In this document: one piece after another, positions 44,611 through 54,125 of the stretch | Position numbering within the stretch: position 1 is the first letter of the stretch | How the letters are laid out: each line of letters opens with the position of its first letter | Origin: an uncultured Candidatus Saccharibacteria bacterium | GTDB taxonomy: Bacteria > Patescibacteriota > Doudnabacteria > UBA920 | Assembly: GCA_964490395.1 (NCBI GenBank) | Contig: CAZBAS010000001.1 | Location: 147,815-211,814, forward strand | Reading direction: 5' to 3' | Length of the DNA stretch: 64,000 bases | Program-made: the position numbers and the translations under genes | The notes under the pieces: generated by a model | The model's input: the letters and a program-made list of their open reading frames with translations, nothing else | Database searches by the model: none | What the model was told of the DNA's origin: nothing

Positions 44611-45108
44611 AGGGTATATATTACTGCTAAAGAAAATAAAACAGCATCGTAAAACAGTAGATAGTTGTGCGGTATCCATTATTCATCCCCTCCATCTCTC
44701 CCTCAGTAGGGGAGAGGGCAGGAGTATGAACCCACAGCATGTGTCTACATATCCAGACTTACGGCCGATAAGTCCAGACTGCAACGTTGTTTTATAAGTA
44801 TGGAATAATCAAAGAAGTGAGTAAGTAAGAGTGAAGTTTTGAGCGTAAGCGCTGTGTAAAACTTTTTGAGGCACTGCGTACTCTATGCTCCTCGTACATG
44901 CAATTCATTTCTGTGATTGTACATATACACTAAAACAATCCTAGTGAAGGAAGCATGAAGCACAGTATAGAAATGACAAAAGTTAAAAAAATAAATAAGT
45001 GATCCACCGTCGCCAAGGCTATGGCGGACGGGCAAAAATTTTTGCTTTGCCCCCCGAAGCTTTAGCGTAGGAGGGTCACTTTTACTTATTTTTGTTCACT
45101 TTTATCAC

Positions 45109-46149
45109 TTACCTTAGTGGTATACGCAATGTAACAGCTGTGCCTTTTCCCGGTTCGCTTGTTATATCTATAGTGCCGCCCAAACGGTCTACCGAAGACT
45201 TAACAATGGCAAGTCCCAGACCGCTTCCTCCACTTTGCCTAGACCTGCTTTTGTCTACCCTGTAAAACCGTTCAAAAATATGATGTAGTTCTTCTTTTGG
45301 TATGCCAATGCCTGTGTCCGTTATGATAATGGCAGCCTCTTTTGCATCTTTTTTTAAAGCTACGGAGACTGTGCCGTTTGGTACATTGTACACAATAGCG
45401 TTCTTTATTATATTGGTCAGGACACGGCTAAGGAGATCTTCGTGAGAGTGTATCTGTACTTCTTTTTCCGTAAGGCTTGGATCGGGGATAAGTGTCACTG
45501 TTTGCTTGTCTGCAAGAGGCTGCAATCGAGCGAGAATATTGTTCGTAAATGCACCTAGCTCTATGGGTACGAGCGTGTGGGGCTTGGTGTGATCTTCGTC
45601 CATGCGGGAAAGTACGAGCAGGTCTTCTACTAAGTGGCTCATGCGCTCCACCTCTTCAAGGTTGCTCCTGGCACGTTCTTTGGTTTTTGGGAGACTGGTA
45701 GCATCGCGAGCTTCGGTTTCCAAATCCATTCGCAAAATGCTGAGCGGAGTGCGTAGCTCATGCGAGGCATCGCCTAAAAATTGTCGTTGCCGCTGGTACG
45801 ATTCATTCAGTGGCTCCAGAGTTATTTGCGCAAGCAGATAACTGGCGGCTCCTGCAACAACAAGTAATAGGCCATTGACCAATATGAGAGAATATATTAA
45901 ATCTTGCTGTACTTCTTCTTGCGAAGGCGGGTGAATGGAAAGCACAAACTCCGGAGGAGTTGCTTTCATGCTGCGAAACCTATGGTCAAGGCGGTTAGAA
46001 AAAAACGAATACAAAACACTACTCGACAAAAAAAGTATAATGGCGAGCAGTGCTACATATATTAACGTAAGTTTGACCAGTGAGAGCTGGAACCGACGAT
46101 TAAACGAGCCGGTAGCCTTTGCCCCAAACAGTTTGGATGCGTTTTGCAT
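45109..46149 (-). CDS. sensor histidine kinase
   Basis: Two N-terminal TMs. HisKA H-box (SHELRTPLS). HATPase_c (DTGIGIPKEELHHIFERFYRVDKSRSRQSGGSGLGLAIV). Start tentative at the ATG at 46149. Confidence 0.8.
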   Translation of the reverse strand: MQNASKLFGAKATGSFNRRFQLSLVKLTLIYVALLAIILFLSSSVLYSFFSNRLDHRFRSMKATPPEFVLSIHPPSQEEVQQDLIYSLILVNGLLLVVAGAASYLLAQITLEPLNESYQRQRQFLGDASHELRTPLSILRMDLETEARDATSLPKTKERARSNLEEVERMSHLVEDLLVLSRMDEDHTKPHTLVPIELGAFTNNILARLQPLADKQTVTLIPDPSLTEKEVQIHSHEDLLSRVLTNIIKNAIVYNVPNGTVSVALKKDAKEAAIIITDTGIGIPKEELHHIFERFYRVDKSRSRQSGGSGLGLAIVKSSVDRLGGTIDITSEPGKGTAVTLRIPLR

Positions 46150-46762
46150 AGTCTTTCGGTAGTTTCTTTCGTACATTTTTCAAGTGCACATCTACTACGT
46201 TGCTAAATGAATTAAATTCTCTATCCCACACGTGTTCAAGTATGTCGTCTCGAGTTAGTACTGCACCTTTATTTCTGAGTAGATATTCCAAGAGTCCATA
46301 TTCTCGAAGCGTAAGCTCTACTGCTTTCCCTGCAATGGTGACCGATTGCGACCGGGTGTCTATGTGTAAATCGTCGAGCTCTAGTATGTCGGTAGTAGCG
46401 AGTGGGGGACGGCGGAGCAGGGTACGGATGCGCGCGTGTAGTTCATCAAAAGAAAATGGTTTAACTAAATAGTCGTCAGCTCCGGAATCGAGCCCAGTTA
46501 TGGTATCTTCGGTTGCGTCTTTTGCAGTAAGCATGAGTATGGGAGTTTGCTTGCCAGAAGCCCGAAGATTTTTTGCTACAACGAGACCATCTCGTTTCGG
46601 CATCATAATGTCGAGCATAATAAGGTCGTACGTATTCCAGCGGGCAAGCTTTTCGCCCTCCTCGCCATCGAACGCAGAGTCAACTGCATACCCGCGAGAT
46701 TGAAGCCCTTCGGTAAGGCCTTTATTCAATTTTGGTTCGTCTTCTACAACGAGAATTCTCAT
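46100..46762 (-). CDS. OmpR-family response regulator
   Basis: MRILVVEDEPKL...LDIMMPKRDGL receiver domain. Winged-helix C-terminus (VWGKGYRLV). Confidence 0.85.
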   Translation of the reverse strand: MRILVVEDEPKLNKGLTEGLQSRGYAVDSAFDGEEGEKLARWNTYDLIMLDIMMPKRDGLVVAKNLRASGKQTPILMLTAKDATEDTITGLDSGADDYLVKPFSFDELHARIRTLLRRPPLATTDILELDDLHIDTRSQSVTIAGKAVELTLREYGLLEYLLRNKGAVLTRDDILEHVWDREFNSFSNVVDVHLKNVRKKLPKDYAKRIQTVWGKGYRLV

Positions 46763-46922
46763 ATACTTTTGTGTTCTGCGCTATCTGTGTGTGGTTCCAA
46801 GCGCATTATTGCTAATGTGATAGCGCCTTGCCGTATAATCGCAGACACTATCCATACATGCACTATATGCCGAACTTTGTGAAGCAAATATGAAGACTTC
46901 TGTAGTATAGTATATAGAGGGT

Positions 46923-47342
46923 GTGGGCCATTGTATACGGCGCTCACCCATACTATTGGCATATATGATTACCTTTTTTATTACGTTGTATAGGTTTCTT
47001 CGTTCCGTGTGGCGTGGGTCCAAAGACAAAGAATTTCGTGGACTCTTGGAATTTGCAGTGCTCATTTTAATTTCCGGAACATTTTTCTATCATACGGCAG
47101 AACATTGGGGCTGGCTCGACTCGCTCTACTTTAGCGTGACCACTCTAACCACTGTTGGGTATGGCGACTTGCACCCTACGAGTGATATATCTAAAATATT
47201 TACCATTGTTTACATTTTTGTTGGGCTCGGGGCAATTTTGGGTTTTATAAATGCCATCGCAGTACATGCGCGTTCTGTAAGAGAGGAAGTAGGCAGTGCG
47301 GCGCAACCTAAAAAGAGTAAGAAAATTTTGCAAAAGAAATAG
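46923..47342 (+). CDS. two-TM potassium channel (KcsA-like)
   Basis: Selectivity filter TLTTVGYGD between two TM helices. Confidence 0.65.
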   Translation: MGHCIRRSPILLAYMITFFITLYRFLRSVWRGSKDKEFRGLLEFAVLILISGTFFYHTAEHWGWLDSLYFSVTTLTTVGYGDLHPTSDISKIFTIVYIFVGLGAILGFINAIAVHARSVREEVGSAAQPKKSKKILQKK

Positions 47343-47700
47343 CTATATGCACAAAGACCCCCTGATGTGTGCGCAGGGGGTCTTTGCTATCTATCAGATT
47401 TTGCAGGTCGAACATCTACTGGTCCATTGCTGCATCGGTGCTGCTGGTGCTATCGTCACGGCGACCATGGCGATCGTTTTGTCCGCCAGTTGTGTTGGCC
47501 TGTTTGCTGTTGTCGTTGTTATCGCGTGCCATATGCGTATCTCCTATATTTCTGGCCCGTGTGTGGGCGAGAAATAATTTAATAGACACTAGTACTATAC
47601 TGCTCGCGCCTGATAAAAAGATTAGGAAGATATGTATGGGCGTACGTAAGTAAGCATAAAAATATTATTCCGGCCATGGGCATAAGCAATAATAGGAGTA

Positions 47701-47775
47701 TAATTTCCGATTACCAATATCTAATTTCTAATGAAATGTCCAATGCAGAATATCGGATCATTGGAAATTATTTCC
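47701..47775. repeat. family-A palindromic element, copy A3
   Basis: TAATTTCCGATTACCAATATCTAATTTCTAATG, then a spacer, then CATTGGAAATTATTTCC. Lies at the 3' end of rlmI. Confidence 0.6.
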
Positions 47776-47779
47776 TCTA

Positions 47780-48961
47780 CTACTCTACATAAAGTAAAAG
47801 ACTCTTTAAATAATCACCTTCAGGAAAAAATAGATTAACAGGGTGGTCAACTGCCAGGAGGTGGTTACTAAGTATTTTTATCTTTCGGTTTGCGTCTTTT
47901 GCTGCCTGGAATACAATGGTTTGAAATGTTTGTACGTCTATGTGCTGTGAACACGAAGAGGTGAGAAGAAGGCCTCCCGCAGGAAGGTGCTGCATAGCCA
48001 TACGGTTTATTTCTCTATATCCTCTTGTGGCGTTAGGTATGTCGCTTGCGCGTTTCGCAAATGCGGGGGGGTCAAGAATTATAAAGTCATAGGTGTGGGG
48101 TAATGTTTGACGGCTTAAAAAGCGGAACACATCTTCGCAATAGAACGCGCTGTTTTTCGCGCTGAAACCGTTGAGTGTTATATTCTCTTGTGCTGCTGCA
48201 ATAGCATCTGGGTCAAGGTCTAGGGTGTCGGCTCGCTTTGCCTTACCAGATAATGCATACGCACTAAAGCCCCCTGTGTACCCAAAACAGTTGAGCAGTG
48301 TTTTACCTTTTGAGAAATTTTTTACCAGTTGACGCATTTCTCTTTGGTCTAAAAAAAAGCCAGTTTTTTGACCCTTAGAAAAATATACTTTGAATGCAAT
48401 GCCGTGTTCCAGTACTTCTATAGGTTCGGTGGCTTTGCCGTGAATCCAGGCCGACACATCTTCAAGCCCCTCTTTTCTCCGTGTGGGGCTGTTAGATTTT
48501 TCGTATATTGCTTTTGGTTTTATTTCTGCAATAAGAATTTCAAGAACCATGGGCTTTAACTTTTCCATGCCCAGCGTGTTTATTTGAACAACAAGCACTT
48601 TCCCATATTGGTCTACTATGAGTCCGGGCAGGTTATCGCCCTCACCGTTTATAAGTCTATACGCTGTTGTATCGGCGGGGGCATACTGTTTTCTCAGAGT
48701 TAATGCACTGAGAATGCTTTCCCGAATGCTTTCGAGCGGATCCTGCTCGCTAAAACTAACCATGCGCCCCATGATTGACTGTCCTTTGTTAAAATACGCA
48801 TACCCAATGAACTGACCATATGCAGTGTGCACGGGAAGAATGTCGCCATTTTCAAATTCCGGGGTGCTGCCTACTGCTCCCATGAATATCCAGGGGTGTC
48901 TATTGCGTGCGTGCACTTCGCGTCCTGGTTTAAGAACTACTGCTTTTTGCTGGGTATCCAT
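47780..48961 (-). CDS. rlmI: 23S rRNA (cytosine-C5) methyltransferase RlmI-like (PUA + class I methyltransferase)
   Basis: N-terminal VVLKPGREVHARNRHPWIFMGAV. Methyltransferase motifs LLNCFGYTGGFS and ILDPPAFAK. Confidence 0.75.
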   Translation of the reverse strand: MDTQQKAVVLKPGREVHARNRHPWIFMGAVGSTPEFENGDILPVHTAYGQFIGYAYFNKGQSIMGRMVSFSEQDPLESIRESILSALTLRKQYAPADTTAYRLINGEGDNLPGLIVDQYGKVLVVQINTLGMEKLKPMVLEILIAEIKPKAIYEKSNSPTRRKEGLEDVSAWIHGKATEPIEVLEHGIAFKVYFSKGQKTGFFLDQREMRQLVKNFSKGKTLLNCFGYTGGFSAYALSGKAKRADTLDLDPDAIAAAQENITLNGFSAKNSAFYCEDVFRFLSRQTLPHTYDFIILDPPAFAKRASDIPNATRGYREINRMAMQHLPAGGLLLTSSCSQHIDVQTFQTIVFQAAKDANRKIKILSNHLLAVDHPVNLFFPEGDYLKSLLLYVE

Positions 48962-49260
48962 GGGTGTATATGGGGCATTAATAGGGCTGACTGTATACAG
49001 TATACCGGGTTCGCATGTACACGAAAAGACGCCTCCTTTGAGGCGCCTGTCGGAAACTTGGGTTCTACATTTCCGATTCTTCTCTTTGGCGAAGGACCTG
49101 TTCGCTCAGGGTGGCAAGTTGCTCCTCGCTCATAACTTTTTCTGCTTTGGGAAACATTTCTGTTTCTTCTTCGACACAGTCTTCAATATTTTTCTTACTC
49201 TTTGCCTCTACTAACATAGCTCGTGTACGTTGTGCGTGGGGATTCGTTGGATATGAGCAC

Positions 49261-49659
49261 CTACGCTCTTCGAAGTACCCAGATTATCAAGACAACTATG
49301 AGTGCGCTTATGGCTACGCATAAAGTTGCTAGTCCGAAACTAAGCAAGAAAATGGTCCTTTTGAATTTTGCAATAGTAACGGAAAGTTCAGCGCCAGTTT
49401 CCGCCAGCACTTCCTGGGGAATGTAGCGCATGGCAAGCCAAATGCCCGCGGGTACTATGAGTAGGTCATCTACCCAACCGGCAAAGGGGATAACGTCCGG
49501 TATGAGGTCAAATGGTAAGACAGCGTATAACAGCACCAGTAAGGGCAATGCTTTAGCGTACCAGGGTGTCCGTGAATCTAAGAGCGCTTTAGTAAGTGCA
49601 GAGAAAGCTCCGCGAGTGGCATTTGCGCGTTCGGCATTGGATGTAGAGGGTGTATTCAT
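49261..49659 (-). CDS. DUF1232 (YkvA-like) membrane protein
   Basis: LPFDLIPDVIPFAGWVDDL signature. Confidence 0.55.
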   Translation of the reverse strand: MNTPSTSNAERANATRGAFSALTKALLDSRTPWYAKALPLLVLLYAVLPFDLIPDVIPFAGWVDDLLIVPAGIWLAMRYIPQEVLAETGAELSVTIAKFKRTIFLLSFGLATLCVAISALIVVLIIWVLRRA

Positions 49660-49750
49660 ACTATGTAGTATACGTTAATGGGTTGAAATATGTATGAGGC
49701 CACATATTTGACAAAAAATAGTTATGGGTATATATTCATAATATAGAGGA

Positions 49751-49806
49751 AATTCCTAATTCCTAATTCCTAATTCCTAATTCCTAATTCCTAATTCCTA
49801 ATTCCC
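49751..49806. repeat. (TAATTCC)x8 heptanucleotide microsatellite abutting the start codon of the DUF134 gene
   Basis: Directly visible as aattcctaattcct...attccc followed immediately by ATG at 49807. Confidence 0.9.
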
Positions 49807-50088
49807 ATGACCAGACCACAGTGTGACAAAAAAATAGGATATTGTCCTTCTTGGAAAGGCTTTAAGCCATTTGGTGGTAAGTCTTCCGGGGCAGGTGTGG
49901 TGGAAATAACCAAAGCGGAAGTGGAAAGTCTTCGGCTAAAGAACATAGAAGAGCTGGATCAAACACACGCAGCAGAACAAATGGGCATTTCGCAAAGTAC
50001 ATTTCAGCGTCTCCTTGCCAGTAGCTACAAAAAAGTTTCAGAAGCGCTGGTAGAGGGGAAAGAGCTGGTAATTGTAGAAGACAAATAG
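49807..50088 (+). CDS. DUF134/UPF0251 predicted DNA-binding protein
   Basis: C..P..FKP.G...(V)EITKAEVESLRLKNIEELDQTHAAEQMGISQSTFQRLL...ALVEGKELVI closely follows the UPF0251 consensus. Confidence 0.65.
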   Translation: MTRPQCDKKIGYCPSWKGFKPFGGKSSGAGVVEITKAEVESLRLKNIEELDQTHAAEQMGISQSTFQRLLASSYKKVSEALVEGKELVIVEDK

Positions 50089-50179
50089 TAGTACTACCTA
50101 TACATATATGCGCCTTGGCTGGTGTATAGAACCAGTGAATTTACATATGACTAAATTGTAATTTTGAAAGGACACCTGT

Positions 50180-50800
50180 ATGAATGAAGAAAAGTGGACA
50201 ACAGTCCCTAGTGGCGAAGTGCTGCAAAAAACAATGGCAGCACTGAGAGAAAATGGTATAGAGGCTCTTCTCGCAGAAAATTCAGATGACGCAAAAGCAA
50301 AAGCCTTGGCTCTTATCCCTGAAGGTGGTGAAGTTATGACCATGACTTCAGTAACATTGCACGAACTTGGGGTAGACGCAGAACTGAACACCTCAGGCCG
50401 CTATCAGCCTGTACGAGACAAGTTATATAGTATGGACCGTGCCACGCAGGACGTAGCTATGCGTAAGCTCGGCGCTGCTCCGGAATATGTTATTGGCAGT
50501 GTTCATGCTGTAACCGAGCAAGGGCAGCTTGTTATTGCCTCCAATACCGGGAGTCAATTGCCTGCAGAAAGTTATGGTTCAGCGCATGTGGTGTTTGTTG
50601 TTGGTGTGCAGAAAATAGTAGCAAGTTTAGACGAGGCTATGAAGCGCGTATATGAGCATAGCTTGCCCCTGGAAGCAGAACGGGCGAAAAAAGCGTATGG
50701 TACTACGGGGAGCAATGTAAGCAAGTTGCTTATTATAAATAAAGAAGTGCAGCCAGGGAGAATAACCGTTGTATTAGTACCAGAAGTTATAGGGTACTAG
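50180..50800 (+). CDS. LUD-domain (LutC/YkgG-like) protein
   Basis: 206 aa. Overall LUD-family length and pattern (GSVHAVTEQGQLVIASNTGS...HVVFVVGVQKIV). Confidence 0.5.
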   Translation: MNEEKWTTVPSGEVLQKTMAALRENGIEALLAENSDDAKAKALALIPEGGEVMTMTSVTLHELGVDAELNTSGRYQPVRDKLYSMDRATQDVAMRKLGAAPEYVIGSVHAVTEQGQLVIASNTGSQLPAESYGSAHVVFVVGVQKIVASLDEAMKRVYEHSLPLEAERAKKAYGTTGSNVSKLLIINKEVQPGRITVVLVPEVIGY

Positions 50801-50832
50801 GGCCGGAAGAATGGTGCATAGAATAAGAAGTC

Positions 50833-50866
50833 GGAAAGAGGAGCGCAGGGCGCTGCAACTCTTTCC
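50833..50866 (-). terminator. terminator hairpin for the minus-strand minigene
   Basis: GGAAAGAG...CTCTTTCC outer stem with an inner GCGC-AGG-GCGC stem, followed by a U-rich tract on the minus strand. Confidence 0.45.
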
Positions 50867-50899
50867 GATTGTTCACGCAAGGGGCCTCATGGCGGAGAT

Positions 50900-51178
50900 T
50901 TATATCTCCTCAGACCCCGTACTACTGAATGCCCAGACCGCGAACAGTCCAAGGGCAGTGCATACATGCGCTACGCTTATGTGCGACACCACTCTCGTTA
51001 TTTCCGAGGCGTGCGCAACCATGATAAGCATAGTCACTGCATGAGGAATCATCTTGCTTGCAGAGTGGATTCTGCCAAGCTTGCCGGTTTGTGCGCTGAC
51101 TTTCGCGCTGCGATGCTGCAGCCGGTCCGCTACAAAAGCGACTATGACGACCCCAAGTAGGGCGAGGAAGATAGCCAT
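50900..51178 (-). CDS. hypothetical small membrane protein in a GC-rich self-contained unit
   Basis: 92 aa. Strong SD (AAAGGAGCCTACC-ATG). Own promoter and terminator. Three hydrophobic segments. Confidence 0.35.
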   Translation of the reverse strand: MAIFLALLGVVIVAFVADRLQHRSAKVSAQTGKLGRIHSASKMIPHAVTMLIMVAHASEITRVVSHISVAHVCTALGLFAVWAFSSTGSEEI

Positions 51179-51282
51179 GGTAGGCTCCTTTCTTTAGTCC
51201 GACGTAACGCCGGACCCCTCCGTTAATTTATGCACCCAAGTGTTCCGGCCTTTCGGCCGCTGGAACGGCGGGTGGCCTGCAA

Positions 51283-51310
51283 GTATAACGCTATAGTTGA
51301 CAGGTGTCAA
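51283..51310 (-). promoter_or_regulatory. near-consensus sigma-70 promoter (TTGACA-17-TATACT) on the minus strand
   Basis: Minus-strand TTGACAcctgtcaactatagcgtTATACT, with a 28-bp GC palindrome immediately upstream (51313-51340). Confidence 0.55.
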
Positions 51311-51343
51311 GGCCCCCGCCTATTATGAATAGGCGGGGGGAAT

Positions 51344-51426
51344 GTCTAATTCCTAATATCTAATTTCTAATGTCTCGGGCACTCTATAGTTTTTTATTTA
51401 GGCATTAGAAATTGGAAATTAGATAT
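51344..51426. repeat. family-A palindromic element, copy A5
   Basis: GTCTAATTCCTAATATCTAATTTCTAATG, a 30-nt spacer, then CATTAGAAATTGGAAATTAGATAT. Upstream of trxB. Confidence 0.7.
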
Positions 51427-51469
51427 TTTTAATACACTGAACTTAGCTGTACTAATTTAGAATGATTTT

Positions 51470-52402
51470 ATGGAAAATGTTGATATCCACAACGTAGTAA
51501 TAATCGGTTCTGGGCCCGCTGGTCTGACTGCTGCGTTGTATGCTGCTCGGGCGGAACTAAAGCCAGTGGTGATAGCTGGGCTTACCCCTGGGGGTCAGCT
51601 TACCCAAACTACTGAAGTGGAAAATTTTCCGGGTTTCCCCGAAGGCGTACAAGGTCCGGATTTAATGCAAAACATGACCAAGCAGGTTGAGCGTTTTGGC
51701 ACGGAAATAATCTATGAGAGCGTTACGAGCGTAGATTTTACGCAAAAACCGTTTACAGTAAAAACGGATACTAAAGAGCTGAAGGCGAAGGCTGTCATAA
51801 TAGCCACTGGTGCTGATGCAAACTGGTTGAACTTGCCAAACGAGCAACGGCTTCGGGGTAAGGGTGTGTCTGCATGTGCGACCTGTGATGGCTTCTTCTT
51901 TAAAGGAAAAGATGTTGTGGTAATTGGCGGCGGCGACAGTGCTATGGAGGAGGCAAATTTTCTTACTAAGTTCGCAACTTCCGTAACTATTATTCATCGC
52001 CGCGCCGACTTTAAAGCATCTAAGATAATGCTCAAGCGCGCGCAGGGTAATCCTAAGATTAAATTTGTCACGAATGTGACGGTTGTTGACGTACTAGGGG
52101 AGACGACGGTAGAGGGTGTACGAGTAAAGGATAACGACACTGGTGAAGAACAGACTATACCCGCAGGTGGGTACTTTGCTGCCATAGGCCACACTCCTGC
52201 TACCAAAGTCTTTGCAAATAGTGGTATAGAAATAAACGACAAAGGCTATATAGTACCAAAAGAATTTACAGAGACAAATATTCCTGGTGTGTTTGTTTCC
52301 GGTGACGTACATGACCATCGTTACCGTCAAGCCATAACCGCTGCGGGTGAAGGTTGTAAAGCGGCCCTGGATGCCGAGAAGTATTTAGCTGAACACGAAT
52401 AA
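51470..52402 (+). CDS. trxB: thioredoxin-disulfide reductase
   Basis: GSGPAGLTAALYAAR FAD motif, CATCDG redox CxxC, VIGGGDSAMEEA NADPH motif. Confidence 0.85.
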   Translation: MENVDIHNVVIIGSGPAGLTAALYAARAELKPVVIAGLTPGGQLTQTTEVENFPGFPEGVQGPDLMQNMTKQVERFGTEIIYESVTSVDFTQKPFTVKTDTKELKAKAVIIATGADANWLNLPNEQRLRGKGVSACATCDGFFFKGKDVVVIGGGDSAMEEANFLTKFATSVTIIHRRADFKASKIMLKRAQGNPKIKFVTNVTVVDVLGETTVEGVRVKDNDTGEEQTIPAGGYFAAIGHTPATKVFANSGIEINDKGYIVPKEFTETNIPGVFVSGDVHDHRYRQAITAAGEGCKAALDAEKYLAEHE

Positions 52403-52462
52403 TTAACTATCATAAAAAAAGCGGCGCATCTAGTGATGCGCCGTCTGTATTGCAGCTATGTG

Positions 52463-53659
52463 CTACTGTGGTCGATGCCTTCTTGCAGCGAATGTACAGG
52501 CGAGCAGGCATAGGCCAGAGGCTACCCAGGTGTAACGTACGTTCCACATTGACGCAGCACCCCCACTGATTAACAGGCCTATGACCCCACCAAGATGATG
52601 CGGCATAGAGCTGATCGATTTAATGGTCGAACGTTTTCGGTTCGGTGCATGTTGCTGAATATAGTCAATTTGTATGGTCTGAAATGCACCACGAAATAAC
52701 TCGTGGAGTAAAAACAGAGTGATACTCAGGACTACGTTGTGGGTTGCAGCGCATAATACCATACAGCATCCAACGCTTGCGAGAAGCCATTGCATGCGTA
52801 TCGCATCATGTTTCCAGGATCTGCTTATGACTGCCCCAATAACCATAGCACACGATATGCCACTCCCTAATATGCCTAGCTTAGTACCTGCGCCTACTGT
52901 GGGGAGATAGTATAGTGTCCATTGCATATTTAACGCTTGTACTGAGCAGGCAAATCCAATTGACACCGCAAAGTTGTACTTTAGAGCTGGTGATTGCTGT
53001 ACCAGGGTGATTGATCGGCTAATTTTTCGTTTGAGGCGGGCTATCATTACCGCAAAAGCAATCGTTCTGCCGTTATGCGCCGGGGTAGTACGTGGAAGTA
53101 CTAACCATACGGCAAGTCCATTGCAGATAGTAATGCTACCACTGAAAAGCCAGGGTAGCTTAGAATGCGTGTTGCCGTTTGCCAGGGCTGCTCCCAAAAT
53201 GCCTCCAAGCATACTGAGGCTGCTGCGCACGATATATTCCAGACGGAATGTATCGCGACGCGTTTGAGCGCTAGCACCAAGCTCGGACAGTTTATTGCTC
53301 ATCCATCCGTCAAGGCAGCCATTGGCCAGGGTTCGTCCTAGGGCAGAAATAATTTCCGCGGCCACACATGCTGTAAAAGTCGTAGCGTGTGCGTAGTAGA
53401 TAAAACCACTGCCAAAAATAATGCTTGACCAGATGTATGCCTTTTTTTGTCCCAGCACATCAGCCACCGCGCCCGTTGGCCCTTCTGCCAAAAAGTTGGT
53501 AGCAAAGAAGAACGAGTTAATTGCGCTTCTTTGGAAATCATCCATGCCTTGAGCCTTTAAAAATGGCACATAGGTAGACATGATAAATGATCCCGCAAAA
53601 GACGATACTGCCGTAAAGATCACGTAAAGTGTGCGTACCCGTTTGACCGTAAGTTGCAT
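52463..53659 (-). CDS. MFS transporter
   Basis: 12-TM pattern. Start re-assigned to the ATG at 53659 with an AGGAGG ribosome-binding site. Confidence 0.65.
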   Translation of the reverse strand: MQLTVKRVRTLYVIFTAVSSFAGSFIMSTYVPFLKAQGMDDFQRSAINSFFFATNFLAEGPTGAVADVLGQKKAYIWSSIIFGSGFIYYAHATTFTACVAAEIISALGRTLANGCLDGWMSNKLSELGASAQTRRDTFRLEYIVRSSLSMLGGILGAALANGNTHSKLPWLFSGSITICNGLAVWLVLPRTTPAHNGRTIAFAVMIARLKRKISRSITLVQQSPALKYNFAVSIGFACSVQALNMQWTLYYLPTVGAGTKLGILGSGISCAMVIGAVISRSWKHDAIRMQWLLASVGCCMVLCAATHNVVLSITLFLLHELFRGAFQTIQIDYIQQHAPNRKRSTIKSISSMPHHLGGVIGLLISGGAASMWNVRYTWVASGLCLLACTFAARRHRPQ

Positions 53660-53980
53660 CTTTTCCTCCTGATGAAAAGTGTTGTAGGGTTGATTTTTTC
53701 TAGACAATAAAAAACCTCGGCTTGTCTAGCCAAGGCGTTCTTTTTATAGAGAAATTATTCAAAACTAAAAAGTTTGGAAATGCTCATGAACAGCGCCTGG
53801 GTCAGACAAACGGAAAACCGCCTGGTAGATGGTGGCTACCTGGGAAGTCCAGCGGCTGTTCATTTGTAAGCATTTTCCTAACATAATGGCGTTATAATAC
53901 CATACATATAGCCATATGTCTATAGCTGCGTAGTTGTAATTTCGGCGCTTCCGCTAATTCACCATGGTACGTATGCAAGG

Positions 53981-54020
53981 TCTACTATAAAAACGCGCGG
54001 CCGCGCGTTTTTATAGTAGA
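53981..54020. terminator. perfect 40-bp palindrome / bidirectional terminator containing GCGGCCGC
   Basis: TCTACTATAAAAACGCGCGG|CCGCGCGTTTTTATAGTAGA. The reverse complement of the left half equals the right half exactly. Confidence 0.7.
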
Positions 54021-54063
54021 CGCACTCTGGATGTCACATGCATTATATGGAGTAGCAAAAAAT

Positions 54064-54097
54064 AAAAACCTTTCAGAGCTTGCTGAAAGGTTTTTAT
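54064..54097. terminator. bidirectional Rho-independent terminator (3' of the RsmC-like gene)
   Basis: AAAAACCTTTCAG-AGCTTG-CTGAAAGGTTTTT. Confidence 0.7.
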
Positions 54098-54125
54098 TTT
54101 TTGCGCTTTAGTAATACGTATTTTT

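Noticed and set aside
50811-51160. Plus-strand ORFs 50811..51044 and 50966..51160
   Set aside because: The opposite strand carries a consensus promoter, a strong SD, a hydrophobic 92-aa ORF and a terminator. The plus-strand peptides are His/Arg-rich with no signals.
50833-51340. GC-rich block considered as RNase P RNA, tmRNA or SRP RNA
   Set aside because: No GGAAAGUCCGG/CCGGCUUA (RNase P) motif, no tRNA-like GGUUCGAUUCC 3' end or tag ORF (tmRNA), and no GGAAGCAGCC (SRP) motif. A protein-coding reading with promoter, SD and terminator fits better.
1623-51426. The CTAAT heptad arrays considered as a CRISPR array
   Set aside because: The units are 7 nt, not 24-48 nt. Arms are inverted rather than direct. 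There is no series of unique spacers and no cas genes.
53777-53990. Structured segment considered as 4.5S/SRP or 6S RNA
   Set aside because: The helix is suggestive, but SRP domain-IV consensus is absent and the 6S-type central bubble cannot be asserted by eye. Kept only as an unclassified candidate.
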